Assembly: GCF_018350175.1 (NCBI RefSeq)
Contig: NC_058384.1
Location: forward strand, 23,684,001 to 23,748,000
Source: Felis catus
Lineage: Eukaryota
DNA: 64,000 bases
Direction of reading: 5' to 3'
Program-made: the position numbers and the translations under genes
Notes under the pieces: model-generated
The model's database searches: none
Seen by the model: only the letters and a program-made list of their open reading frames with translations
What the model was told of the DNA's origin: nothing
In this document: positions 1 through 13,733 of the stretch, one piece after another
Layout of the letters: every line of letters begins with the position of its first letter
Numbering within the stretch: position 1 is the stretch's first letter

Positions 1-1924
1 AGGGTCAGAGCTAATGAGAAATTCTCAAGGTTGTGATGGAAGCAATAGCCAAACCATCAGAAGATACTCCTGAAGTACATCTCCCAAAGTCCACAGGATC
101 AGTGGGCTGTACTGTATTTGTACTTCTCTCTGAGAAGGAATAGTAAGCCTTCAGACGTGACTGGAATTTGGCTCTGATGGTGTCAGTAACCAGATTTAAG
201 GAGACATTCAAGAAACCACAGGCTTAATGAATTAAAATGAAGTCCACCCATTGAACACACTTGCTTTTAGTTAACTTTTTCATAGGAAAGGAAGAAAAAA
301 AAGTTCTTAATTCACCATTTCTTTGATATTCTCAAAAAATATCATTTAAAATGACATCTAACAGGAATTATGCTGTTTGACGTGGTTTGTACATCTGATG
401 CTCTAAGGAGTTGCGAAATGGCTGGGAGCTGTTTCAGAGAGCAAAAACATCTGACGTTGTTGGTTTAAGCTTTGGCTATAGTTTATGGAGAACCAGAATT
501 CTTTGTCTCCTTTGGAATATAGCTCAGAGGCATTTCTTTTAGGTTCAACTTAGTGTCCTCGTGCTTGGAAGGCTGATAATGAGTCTTAACATCACTGAAT
601 CAGGGACATCTAAAACTGGAGTAAACCAGCCATCAAAACGCAAGCCATTTGGTTCAGTTTTCTCCACCCCTCCTTCTGCGTTCCCATACAGCTGACCCGA
701 GGCCTTTTTTGTCACTAGCAGAAATCACAGTCGTGTGAATGGGGTGTACTTTCCTACACTACATTGTTCTCTGCTTCACTTCTCTTCTACTTTTCAGTCT
801 TCGGTTTGGACCTCAGAATTTCTAGAAGGGACACACTAATGCCGGTTACTTTTTTAAATCTGGTGTCATCTATTTGCTTTAAGAAAAATCGAGGGCCCCC
901 TTTTGCCTAGAGAATGCCTGAGCTTTAATATCAAAAGACCTTCAAGTCTACCTCTCAAGACCTACTTCCTTCACTGTTCCTCTTTTTGTTCCATCTTTCG
1001 TGGTGAGATAGAAAGAGGGAAAAAATTTATGGTGTAGAAAGTTGGATGAGAGGCAACTGATATCTTACACTAGGAATCAGAAGACCCAGATTTGAGTTTC
1101 TTCTCTGAGTTTTCTGCCTCCTTAACTCTGGGCAACTCACATTTACAGAATTGAAATCTAAATCATACCGCATTCCAAAGTAAATCTCAGGCAATAGTTG
1201 GCAAGGAATACTCCTCTGAGATTTTCTTTTCCTTTTAAAAATTAGTTTAAAATAGAGATGAAAATACCTGCTGTACCTTCCTCACAGCAGGTGAGGTTCC
1301 AGTGAGCTGGCGGCTGTGAAAGCGCTCTGTAAACTCCTGGGTGACATGTAAATGAAATGCATTATTATCACAACAAGGGAAAGAAAAGGAAACAAGTACA
1401 CTTCACTCAACAGTCCTCTTCAGAGTGGTTACTGTGGACCAGGCAAGGCACCAGGTGTTAGGGATTCAAAGAAAACCTGGAGACTCAGGATTGCCCTGGC
1501 AAGGTCTCCCTCACACAAACCCACTATTCTTGGATAGACTCTCTCTACAACTAACTTCAGCCTCCATGGGTCTGAGCATTATGGCCTGTGGACAAGTCTC
1601 GATATGGCAGAGGAAGAGGTGCATTTCCAAGGACAAGATATACACCCTATACAGTCACCACCAACCCCCAATCCCACCCCAATTTGACAGGATATAGCAC
1701 AGTTGGTAAGTTCTTCCTGGAAACAACTGCAATATAATTTAACTTCTTTTCTTTTGTGAAAAAACCAATAATGCAAATATCATGTCAGAACAATGATTTA
1801 TGAAATTGTTTATGAGGCATTCATTATTCCTTAGCATCCAACCTGCGTAAGTCTTGGATCTATAGGAAGTATTAAAAATCAAAGACCGTGCCTCCTTTAG
1901 CAATATGTTCAAGATTATATTCAT

Positions 1925-2410
1925 CCATTTATTCATTCATTCATTCTACAAATATGTATTTAGTGCTTATGACATGTTAGGCAGTAAGTAAGGTGCTGGG
2001 GGAACAGACATTGACAACCAGAGGTGGCTTAAAGCAAATGGTTACCCAGTAACTTTAATGACAACTGTGATAAGGGTAACAAAGGAGAGGTACAGGGTTC
2101 CACGCTACAGGAAAATCTGTGTGTGTGTGGCGGGGGGGGGGGGGAGGAGAGGGGGGAGGGATGTTGGAGGGGTGAGAGAATGCTTCCAAAGGCAAGGACA
2201 TTAGGGCTGAGACAAGGGAGATGGAGCTGGCCAAGGGAAGGACAAGAGAAAAGCAGGAGGGGGCAGGAAGTGCAGGAGTGCAGGATCTAGGTGGGAGGAG
2301 CCTGGCCAGGAGGGGAGGAAAGGGAGGAGTCCCCCCAAAAGGCAAATAACATGATCAGATACGCAATAAAAAGCAACACCAAAAGGCAACTTTAATACCA
2401 GGATAGTGGT
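1925..2410 (-). mobile_element. L2 fragment
   Basis: ttcattcattcattc...aaatatgtatttagtgct is the reverse complement of the L2 3' end. Confidence 0.6.
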
Positions 2411-2735
2411 AAGAAACAGACAGGGCATACTGGCAGAACCTCCTTGTTCTGACTCTTGGTCCAGTGTTTTTGTTTTTGTTTTTTTCTATAATGACACCCT
2501 CCATCCTATAACTGAATTTGGAGTCACGGCTTTCTCACTCTCTGACTCACACCTATATAATCATAGAACTGACTTTGCTTTCTCACCTCTTTGAACTGAA
2601 TGATACTATTAATAAGAGCAATAGTCATTTATAAGGAGGCTGCCATGTGCCAGGCAAATTGGTAGGTGCTTCTCGTTTCTAACCTTCACAACAATCTTGT
2701 AAGGGACGTGTTATTTTTATGGTTTTACAATTGAA

Positions 2736-2949
2736 TATTTTTTTTTCAACGTTTATTTATTTTTGGGACAGAGAGAGACAGAGCATGAACGGGGGAGGGG
2801 CAGAGAGAGAGGGAGACACAGAATCCGAAACAGGCTCCAGGCTCCGAGCCATCAGCCCAGAGCCTGACGCGGGGCTCGAACTCATGGACCTCGAGATCGT
2901 GACCTGGCTGAAGTCAGATGCTTAACCGACTGTGCCACCCAGGCGCCCC
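2736..2949 (-). mobile_element. Can-SINE (young felid SINEC_Fc-type)
   Basis: Full length, CpGs retained; 18-bp TSD tatggttttacaattgaa at 2718-2735 and 2951-2968. Confidence 0.95.
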
Positions 2950-3807
2950 ATATGGTTTTACAATTGAAAAGACGGAGGCTCAGAAATATTTTGTAAATGG
3001 CCCAAGGTCACATGGGTAGCTCAGTGGGATCAGGGTCCACAGCCATTTCCCTCTCTCCAAACCTCGCCACCACACCATACTGACTCTAGAGTTTACCAGT
3101 ATCAAATGCCAAATTCTGGTCTTCTGGGAAAAATCAGAATGGGAAGGGAAAACTTTCTCTCCGTAAGTTAAAAAAGAACTTACATGAAATTTTCTCAAAA
3201 GCTAACTAACGAAATACATAAATACGTACAGCCACAAGGAATAATAAGAATTGAGAAAATCCAGACGAAATTTTTCATTTTTAATCTATCACACTAATGG
3301 CACAAAATATTTTTCAATGCTCCACCACTTTGTTTCAGGAGATAAATATTGGCAGTAACCACATGGCTGGGCAAGATGAAAATGTCCCCTTTCAAATGCT
3401 CTGATCCACAATCTTAACTGGAGATTACTGCACTGCTGATTACTCACAAAGGGTAGGGCAGCAGAGATAAAAAGAGTTCATCTCTGACAGATCTGATCCC
3501 AGTCTCCCAAACAGGTAGAAATGGGATTTAAAGTCACCTTCCATATAGCAGACACTCCAAAAATTAGAGAGACAGTTTAAGAAAATATAGATACAAAAAA
3601 TGTGGCCCTAATGAAAAAGTTATGTAGCTCAAAAGAAAAATGAAAAAAAAAAAAAAACCAAAAACACAAAAATTAGGAAGATCTTGGAAACAATTATAAT
3701 CCCCCTGAGATAAACATTGCACACCATGTGAGACATCTTCAGGAAACAGCTGTTATTCACTCTCAAGGAGATAAAAAGAAACATCCCCGTTAAGAAACAA
3801 CAACACA

Positions 3808-4025
3808 GGTCCACCTGAGTGGTTCAGTCAATTAAGGGTCTAACTTCAGCTCACATCATGATCTCCCGGTTCATGAGTTTGAGTCCCACACTGGGCTCTG
3901 TGCTGACAGCTCAGAGTCGGGAGCCTGCTTTGGATTCTATGTCTCCCTCTCTCTGCCCTTCCCCCACTCATGCTCTGTGTCTCTCTCCCTCTCTCTCTCA
4001 AAAATAAACAAACAAACAAAAAAAA
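3808..4025 (+). mobile_element. Can-SINE
   Basis: tRNA-like head, CT-rich tract, A tail; TSD aagaaacaa(c/g)aacacag. Confidence 0.9.
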
Positions 4026-4552
4026 GAAACAAGAACACAGCAAGGTGCACTCACTCTAGGATAGAAGAAATAACATCATCAACACATACAGTAAATATTG
4101 AAAGCAACACTGCAGAAAAATTGAGTTAGTGAATCTGAAATAGATACAAGAGACACACATGGAAGGTTGAAAAATAATCAGACATTGAAAAGAAGGTAAG
4201 AGAAGATGATAGACATAGAAAATAGAGTGTGGAGACATAACTGGCAAGCAAGGGGAGTCTCTAGGGGAGAAGAACCAACAAAAAATAGTCAGTTTTCCAG
4301 AACTTAACACCAAAGCCAAATGCAAAAAATCTATGGATTGGAGACTGGAAATGCTCACTCTGTTCTATGTTATTTTTGTAAGAAAGAAAAAATACACTCA
4401 GAATACTTATTTAAGATACAAAGCATTCTGAAGTCTAAAACCAGAAAACCAAATCACTTTGAAACAGGTGAAAATTAGTAAAGCTTCAGATTTTCCCTGT
4501 AAAAATTGAATCTAACAGAGGAGTGGGACAACAGGAGTAGAAGAGCTTGGGG

Positions 4553-4553
<1 letters not shown>

Positions 4554-4592
<39 letters not shown>
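4554..4592. repeat. (TG)n microsatellite
   Basis: Direct reading. Confidence 0.97.
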
Positions 4593-4595
<3 letters not shown>

Positions 4596-4639
4596 AAACC
4601 TACAAGAATATTTTTTAATGTTTTTTTTAAATTAAAAAA

Positions 4640-4852
4640 AATTTTTTAATGTTTATTTATTTTTGAGACAGAGACAGAGCGTGAGCAGGGGAGGAGCAGA
4701 GAGAGAGAGAGAGGGAGACACAGAATCTGAAACAGGCTCCAGGCTCTGAGCTGTCAGCACAGAGCCTGATGCAGGGCTTGAACCCATGAACTGTGAGATC
4801 ATGACCTGAGCCAAAGTCAGACGCTTAACCAACTGAGCCACCCAGGTGCCCC
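4640..4852 (-). mobile_element. Can-SINE nested in the tail of the adjacent SINE
   Basis: Complete SINE body flanked by ttaaaaa..tttt copies. Confidence 0.9.
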
Positions 4853-5070
4853 TTTAAAAAATTTTTCTTTAACGTTTATTCATTTTTGAGAGACACAGAG
4901 ACAGCATGTGAATGGGGGAAGGGCACAGAGAGAGGGAGACACAGAATCCAAAGCAGGATCCAGGCTCCAAGCTGTCAGCACAGAGCCCGATGTGGGGCTC
5001 GAACCCACGAACTGTGAGATGACCTGAGCTGAAGTCAGACGCTCAACTGACTGAGCCACCCAGGCGCCCC
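4853..5070 (-). mobile_element. Can-SINE (host of nested copy)
   Basis: 20-bp TSD tgaaacctacaagaatattt at 4594-4613 and 5071-5090 encloses both SINEs. Confidence 0.9.
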
Positions 5071-5479
5071 TGAAACCTACAAGAATATTTAAATGGCTTC
5101 TGCGTGCTAGGAAAGCTGTATCATCTCAATACCATTTCTACAAAAGCCAGGAGTCAATTTTCCATTCAGCAAGACCACTGACTGAGGAAGACAGCTATAG
5201 ATAAAAAAGAACCATAAAGAAAAATCCTAAGTAATGATTTTGACAAATCTAATAACTGATGAAATTATTGAAACAAAAAAGAAAAAAGAAATGTAAATGA
5301 AACGTCAAGAGAAAGAAAAAATAATTTTAAGATCCTCAGAATAAATTAATGAAGTATGGGAAAAGGAGAGAGTAAAGATAAAGAGGAAACGTCAGAAGGC
5401 ACAGAATGACTCATATTCTTAAAATATAGTTACTTTGTCCAAAGAGGTAGCCATCGTCATCATCATCATCAAAGCTATC

Positions 5480-5680
5480 ACTGAAACAGTGCTTACCATG
5501 TGGCATTCTATTTTAATCCTTAAAATAAACCTATGTGGTGGGTGCTAGTATTGTCTCCATTTCACAGATGAGGAAACTGAGGCCCAGAGTGATAAAGTCA
5601 CTTGCTCGAGGCCCAGAGTGATAAAGTAACTTGCTCAAGGCCCAGAGCTAAGTAAGTGGCATTCTAACCCAGCTGTTAGC
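5480..5680 (-). mobile_element. MIR with internal 29-bp tandem duplication
   Basis: Core acagatgaggaaactgaggc; unit gaggcccagagtgataaagt(c/a)acttgctc at 5579 and 5608. Confidence 0.85.
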
Positions 5681-7402
5681 CACTTCACTCTCCTGTTCCG
5701 CTATGACTAGTTATGACTAGAAAAACACAGCAGGTACAGCGTATGTTTAAAAATAATCACTAGTACATTTGAGATAATAATGATCATTATAGCAACTACT
5801 ATTTGCAGAGGACCTATTATTGCCAGGCATTGCATTAAGGATTTTAAAGGCATCAGTTCGTTTAATCTAAGAGCCTGTAAGATAATGTAAAAGTAAAGAG
5901 TTTACGTAAAGGCAAAGATACTGTAAAGATCATAAAGTTGTCCAAGGTCACCCAGCTAGTAAGTAGCAAAGCCATGATGTGAACTGGGGTCTATTTGACC
6001 CTGAAGCACAGACTCCTTTCTCTACTACGCTGCAACCCACACAGGGACAGGTCTTTATGTTCTGAATAACACTGGAAGATAAAAGAATATCGGGCTCACT
6101 CTGTGTTTTTAAAAAGGCACAGCGACTGTTTCCTTCCATCAAGGTTACCAATGCTAACAGCTCAATTCAACAGCTACTTCCCCCCTCTGTTGTCCGCTGG
6201 GTTTACCACTCCTCCCTTCTTCACATTCCCTCCTCCCACAGCTATCCTCTGATTTTCCTCCCACCTCACTGCCCTTTTCTTTCCATTCTTTTACCGGGCT
6301 GCTGCAACTCTGGCTCCTTACTTACTTGTCAGTGCTTCTAGCTTTGGGCAAGCGTCCCTCTTGTCACCCTATGATAATGCTGACCAAACATTACACGCCC
6401 CCAGATTTTTGTCCACATACATGTATCTGCATCTGCCTGCTAAGCACACTCACACACGCATGTGTACATACAGCATCTGTATCTCTTTCAAAGTGACTCG
6501 AGCTATTCCATTCAAGAAGTTTGTTCTTCCTTGCCCTCTGCATCCCTACTATATGTAGTCCTATCATAGTCCTTATCACATAAAGCCAAAGTGGTCTTTA
6601 ACCCACTTATCTCTCCCGCCAGACTGTAAAATCCCTTATCTTTCACTTCACTTCTGTTTCTAAAACAAGGGAATCCAGGTCTGGTACAGATACCCAACAA
6701 ATGTTTATTAATTGAATAATAAAAACAAGAGGAGCAAGAAAGCATAAAAAGGGCATTAATTAGATGACCATCCATTCTGAAGAATGAAAATAATCAAAAC
6801 CTGCCAAAAATATAATGGCCTTGGGTGTCATTTTCATTCTCAATTCAATTAGCAGGAGTTTTAGAAAATAAAATTCACATTGCTGGAGAGGCTATCCATT
6901 TGACCTCTTTATCTTAGTGTTGAAATTGGCGGTCTCCAAACACTGCTGGAGGAAGGCACTAGACAATGTATATCAAAAACAATAAAACTATTTATAACCA
7001 AAAACCCAATGATCCTGGAAACTTATAGAAGGAAATAAATCAACAGAAGAAGATGGCTATATTTGGGGATATGCTTACAGAGCAATATATACTATGTAAT
7101 AATGAAAAATAGGAAATAGACTAATACCCAACAGCAGGATAAAAGCTAAGGAAATCAATTTGAAGTACTTTTACACATCCATTAAAATTTAACATTATGA
7201 CTATAAAGGATAATGGAAAATGATATAATGCTAAGAAAAAGCTGGAATGCAAAATTACATGCTGGCTATGACTGCCATTCTGTAAAAATTATTACTTGTA
7301 CCTGAGCAAGGACGGAAACCATCTGACAAGAATTCACAAAAATGAAAAATGTTTTGTGATGACTGGATTTTGTTTATCTTTTAAAAATCAAATTTTAAGA
7401 TG

Positions 7403-7635
7403 CAGGTGCCTAGGTGGCTCAGTCAGTTAAGTGTCCGGCTTTGGCTCAGGTCACGATCTCATGGGTTTTGAGCGTGAGCCCCGTGTCGGGCTCTGTACTG
7501 ACAGCTCAGACCCTGGAGCCTGCTTCGAATTCTGTGTCTCCCTCTTTCTCTCTGCCCCTCCCCGGCTCACGCTCTGTCTCTGTCTGTCTCTCTCTCTCAA
7601 AAATAAATATACATTAAAAAAGATTTTTTAAAAAG
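7403..7635 (+). mobile_element. Can-SINE
   Basis: Head, CT tract, aaaataaa tail. Confidence 0.9.
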
Positions 7636-10600
7636 ATGTAGTTGCTCTAATATGAAATGAAACACAGGGTGAACACCGGTTCCACACTTAATTAGCTGTA
7701 CTACCTTAGGGAAGAAGCCTAACTTCCCTGAACTTAGTTACTCATCGATAAAATGAGAAAACTCTACTTCTATCTCTTAGCAGATTAAATTATGTGATAA
7801 GCACTTTACATAGATGCACCTGGCACTGTCCTTAGCACTTTACAATAATACCTTGTTTAACTATCAAAACACCTTTTCAAGATGATGCACAAGGAGGTTC
7901 AGTAATCTACAGTGACAAGAGCAAGATAACAATAACTTTCAATAGCGTTCCAATGCCCATTTAATCAAATCCAGCAGCAACAGCAACTACAAACATTTAA
8001 ATGCGTGTCTGCTAATGTGGCGAGCATTGCGCTAAGGGCTTTATTATTCTATGTAGCCCACTACCACAATCCGTTACAGAGGTACTATAATTGTGTCCTA
8101 GGACATTCAGGCTCAGAGAGGTTACGTAACATGCTAATGAGTGAGAGAGCCAAAATTTGAACATGTGTCTGTCTGAGTTCAGAGCCAACCAGGTGCTTCA
8201 ACACCATGTAATGATGCCTCCAATTTTTGCTAGGATGGTGTACACAGCCCTTAAGAGCTTGAACGTGGCCCACACTCTCCTCACTTCAGATCTGGGGGAG
8301 TTTTCAGTTGCCACTATGACATTTTAAGTCCCTAGCCTTAGCTCCTGCTCTTCCTCATTTGGTCCTGCTCAAAACTGCTCTTCATCCCTCAAGGGTCTAC
8401 CTCCCTGTTCCTCAAGAGGCATAATTAATTGTTCCTTTATCTGCTAGCTACCTANNNNNNNNNNNNNNNNNNNNNNNNNNNNNNNNNNNNNNNNNNNNNN
8501 NNNNNNNNNNNNNNNNNNNNNNNNNNNNNNNNNNNNNNNNNNNNNNNNNNNNNNNNNNNNNNNNNNNNNNNNNNNNNNNNNNNNNNNNAGGCTCCATGCA
8601 CAATGTGGGGCTTGAACTCACAGCCAGGCACCTCTGTGTGCTGCTCTTTTAGACAGTAATTTATGTTTGTAAGTCAGCATGTACTCTACTGTCTCTCTGC
8701 TTCTTTACCAGGCTGTTTCATCCCAATTATGTTTCACAAAGGCAAGACCATGCTTTATACAGTTTCGTGTTCTGCTGTATCCCTGGCTTTAAGCACAGTT
8801 CCCAGGACATGATAAGGACCCAACTACTACTTGCTGAATGAACACTTCCAGCTGGGAAGATGTTTCCAAGCATCACCAGTCAACACTGGAGCACCATATG
8901 CTATGTACAAAGGATGGAACATCAATCAGGAGCTCACACTTCTCTATAGTGTTTGCCACAGAGCTTTGATGAAGGTAGTTTAGCTAAATGAGAACATAAA
9001 GGAGACCCCTCCACCATTCTGACTTCCCAATGTACTATGTCTGGGTTAAGCGTGCATAGTACAATGCATTTACTTGTTAGGCCTGTTAGCATATTCCATG
9101 GAAACTGCTTGCTCACTGGCTTGCCTTCCCCTTCTAGATAGGACTGTAGGTCTTCCACATACCCTAAAACCAAGGACAGTAACTGGCATGTAATTGGTGA
9201 TTAAGGAATATTTGTTGAGTGGCTGACTGAATGAATAAATGAATAGGGTGAAAACATTTTTCTCTTCCTGGGTTCTTGAGAAAATATTTCAACTTGTAGC
9301 ATGCTCTACCATACCAGCGCCAGACTTAAAAAAACCAAAACAACCTATCAATTCCATAATGCTCCTAGAATTCTGTATAAATAGTATATGAACTTAAATA
9401 GTTAAACTACTTGTCCATCTATGTTAAATCTTTCTACACTATCTTCAATGACTAGAAAAATCACTGGGAGCTCTAACTCCATAGAGGATCTATTTTTCTC
9501 TAAAAACAGAATGGAACCTTTTTAGAAAGTAAAAATGTTTCCCACTTAACATTCTTTAGAAATGCACAAAATAAAAAGATTCATTTGGTGGACATGTTCT
9601 CTTTATTCTGACATTGGTTCAGTGCTGAGGAACTATTATTAGAAAGCTCTCAGTTGAAGAACATGCCTTCAAAAAGGAAGATAAGATGTAGGATACTGTG
9701 TGCTCAAAGCTAATTTTAATTATACAGGCTATAGGGTTACTGAGATATGCCAAACATTTAGCTAATTAGCAGACTCTTGAGACAAGAGGGCCGCCTAGAG
9801 ACAGACAGTTTTCCTCATTAATGAGTGATGACAAATTCTAGTTAAACACACATTTTTTACTTGTACTATAAATTCACTTTATTCTTCTTTCTTAAATTTC
9901 AATAACATGAACTAATTGAAACTTGAAATTTAGACATTAAGGCTAAAATGGAGATCTTCCACTTTAAACACAATGATCCAATGTCAACTACCATATTGGG
10001 AAAATTTAGGGTGGAGGGCGTAAGAAGTTATTAATGTTATGCCACTATATTTATAAGCTCAAGGACTTGAAATTCATTAGAAGACTCCATTTAAAAAATT
10101 CTATAGATGATGTTTAACAGAATAGTACAACATAAGTTAACAAGCACGGAAGCATTTGGAACCCTCTAGTAACTGGTACGTTTTGAGGGCCTATTACACA
10201 AAGAGAAATGAGGAAAACAGAGATTGAAAGAAAATAGCTATCTTTCATGAAGTATTTACTATGTGCTGCAGTATACTAGGTGTTTTACAAAAATCACCTA
10301 ATTTATTCCTCAAAACAACCCAGGAAAATATAAATCATTATTCTTATTTTATAGATGAGGGATCAAAGCATATGGAGTTTGAGTAAGGTCATCTGGCTCG
10401 AAAGTAGCTTGGCTAAGTTTGATATCAGGCTCCTTTTCTTAGGCTCATTACAGATGTGAGCCTGTATCTGAGGAGACTTTACGAACAACATAACTGGCTT
10501 TTTGTTTGTTTGTCCCCCTGGATTAGATACATTTAGCTCTTTAGGTATTTGGTACTTACAAAGGTGCCTTCCTCAGGACACATGCATGAGGCAGATGTGT

Positions 10601-10738
10601 TTCTATGTCAGCTCTTCTTTCAGAATAAAAATTAGATCCAAGGACACTACCTAAATTTCCAACATCAGTGGGATTACCCACAATGCTTTTCACAGAAAGT
10701 GGTCCCTATGCATCCTGACATTTGAACAGGTTGGTGGT

Positions 10739-11248
10739 TGTAGCAGGCTGCAGTTCCCAAAGATAGCTCCGGTTATCTCCTCTGCCACGCAACCTTGGTC
10801 CCCATTAGGACGCGAAGGTTATTTTTCCACTCCCTTGAATATGGGCAGGCTCTGTAACTGTTCTGACAAACAGAATTGGAAGAAGCGCCACTACCTCTAG
10901 GAAGCCAGTTGTCAAGTGGGAAGCATGACTGCTACCCTCAGACCACCATGTTGTGAGAAGCCCAAACTATGCTGAAAGTTATGTGTAGGTTTTTGTTGAT
11001 GGCCCCGGTTGAGCTCATAGTTGACCTCAACTGCCAGCCCTGTGAGGGAGTCATCTTGAACATCCAGCTGGGTGGAGCCTTAAGGTAACTGCAACGCCAG
11101 CCAACATCTAAATGTAAGCGTGTGAGATATCCTAAGCAGGAACTGCCTAGCTGACCTCAGTCAATCCACAGAATCACATAATGATAGCTTCTTATTTTAA
11201 GGCACTGTGTTTTGTAGTGGTTTGTTACACAACAGAAAATCAGAACAG
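10739..11248 (+). mobile_element. MLT1-family solo LTR (ERVL-MaLR)
   Basis: TG start, gaccaccatgttgtgagaagccca, ends gtggtttgttacacaacagaaaatcagaaca. Confidence 0.8.
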
Positions 11249-11971
11249 TGGTGTTGGTTTTCTTCTAGAGTGAACCAACTATTTCTTTAAAGCAACTGAG
11301 AGTAGATTTGGGGGGGGGGGTGCATATTAAAATATCACACCTACCAGTTGTGGCTACGCAATTTTCTAGTTGAGGGTATTCCTATAAAGAATAAAGGGAC
11401 TATGGAAAAGTACCTATATAAACATTCTTACATTTTAGGCTACTTCTCAATAAATTGGTCACACAGAGGTATTATGTTTTCAAAGCTGATGTTTTATCAA
11501 GAAAAGAGAGTGGATTCTCAGCAAAATAATTAGAAAATTCGGGGTTAGTTTACCATAATGCTGTCAAACTATTCTCCTTTTTTAATGCAATAACCAAACA
11601 TGATTTAGTCCCTTGAACAGCCTCAGAATGCCAATAACTTGATTTACTTTTGCATTATCTGCCAAATTCCACCTGAGCTGATGAGAGAGAATTCAGCATT
11701 AAGGATCCCAAGCAAGAAAATAAAATGCTGGGAACAGAAGGATGTTCCAAAAACACTTGGAGGTTAGGTATAAGAGAAAATAATGTTTAGATAAAAAATA
11801 CACTCTTTTCTAGGGCATGTCACAAGGCTAGCATGGATTTTTGGCAAATCTCTTCAGCTTCTGAATCTATTGCTTGTTTTTGTTTGTTTGTTTTAACAAT
11901 GACCTTAAGGCCAGGTAAGACACTGAGTCATGAAAGAAAAATTTACTAGTATTCAAAATCCTGAACTTATT

Positions 11972-12176
11972 GGGGCGCCTGGGTGGCGCAGTCGGTTAAG
12001 CGTCCGACTTCAGCCAGGTCATGATCTCGCGGTCCGGGAGTTCGAGCCCCGCGTCAGGCTCTGGGCTGATGGCTCAGAGCCTGGAGCTCCTTCAGATTCT
12101 GTGTCTCCCTCTCTCTCTGCCCCTCCCCCACTCACACTGTCTCTCTGAAAAATAAACATTAAAATTTTTTTTAAAA
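11972..12176 (+). mobile_element. Can-SINE
   Basis: Young-type 5' half; TSD caaaatcctg(a/c)acttatt at 11954-11971 and 12177-12194. Confidence 0.93.
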
Positions 12177-13039
12177 CAAAATCCTGCACTTATTAACCAA
12201 GACAGGGCAATGATATTTCAAAAAACTTTCAAATAACAAGGCAAGAATAAAGGAATTATGGTGCTTGATTAGCACACTCCATTCCCAAGGGGGGAGGAGA
12301 GGCAATTTTTTTAACTCAAGTTTTCTGTCCTTAACTTTAACAATAAGATTTAAAAATTATTGCCATTTTGCTAAGTAATGGAAATAGTTTCACAACAGTA
12401 CTTTCATTGTATCTTTTGAAGATAAAAAGACAAAGCAATTTGTCCACATGGTGAATGTGTTTGCTTTCCTTGTTGATGAAGTAAGTCCTGAGAAGCTATA
12501 TGATGGCTGGATTCACTCGTTTACTACACCACCGGCAGCAGAATGAAGTTTCCCCTGCTTCTCAATGGAGATGGAAACTGGGTGAATGTTCCTTTCCCCT
12601 CCATCACAGAAACATCCATGACAAGAACAAAAGCCACAAACATTTGGTAGCATGAGGTTTTGCTCTGCTGCAACTCCCCGTGTTTTAAATGCTTTTTGTA
12701 GAATTTCCTTTTCCTCAGTTTTAAAAGTAATAAATGTTCACTAAGGAGGAAAACATTTTAAATACAGAAAGGAATTTAAAAAAGAAGACTCTTCCACAAC
12801 CCTGTGACCCAGAGAAACAACCTTTCCTCCACTCCTTTGATCAGTTAAAACCAACACCACTGTTCTGATTATCGAGTGTTGCCTAACAAACCACTACAAC
12901 TACTCTTGTTTATTCTTTAGATGCAGTTCATGATCTTATCACAAAACTCCTGCGTATATCACAACGCTGATATGGGTTCTGCTTACACAATCAGAGCCCT
13001 AGGACAACCTTTCTTAATGCTGATGTGATTTCTTGGTTT

Positions 13040-13041
<2 letters not shown>

Positions 13042-13086
<45 letters not shown>
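13042..13086. repeat. (CA)n microsatellite
   Basis: Direct reading. Confidence 0.97.
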
Positions 13087-13088
<2 letters not shown>

Positions 13089-13568
13089 AAATGATGGAAA
13101 AGAAAAATGTCATGAAACAACAGGATAAAATTTAAATGAACAGATAAAACTAGAAGCTCAGTGAAATACAGTAGGAAGAGTACACTGTATAAATTCAATG
13201 ATAATTTGATGACAAAGTAAAATTTTTAAACTAGAAGTTAATTTTCCATGGAAACCTATGGTATAAAAATAATTATAATAATTTTAATATTTTCAAATAA
13301 AATTCTAAAAATAAAACAGGAAGTTTTTAATAACCAACAATACATTTACAATAAAAGCTATTTTTTCTATTTCTCCCTGCAGGTACGTTTGTCTTTGCCG
13401 TAAAACAAAGCAAAATATCACACTATATTGCAAAAGTTTAGATGCAGAAGAGTCTTTGTTTAAACAGTAAAAAATTCACCACTGTTCCAACTCAGAAAAT
13501 ATTGTTATTATTAGTAGGTAAGTTCAATGTACTCCCAAACTGATGGATACTTTTAAGAGGTAACTTTT

Positions 13569-13687
13569 TAAAATAAATAAATTTATTTACTTATTTATTT
13601 TTAGAGAGAGTGCACACACATGAACAAGCAGGGGAAAGGAGTAGAGGCAGAGGGAGAGAGAGATAGGGGGAGAGACAGAGAGAGAAA

Positions 13688-13733
<46 letters not shown>

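Noticed and set aside
11-211. Possible C1orf21-strand exon at window start
   Set aside because: Weak acceptor, no donor, and translation does not match the known downstream C1orf21 residues.
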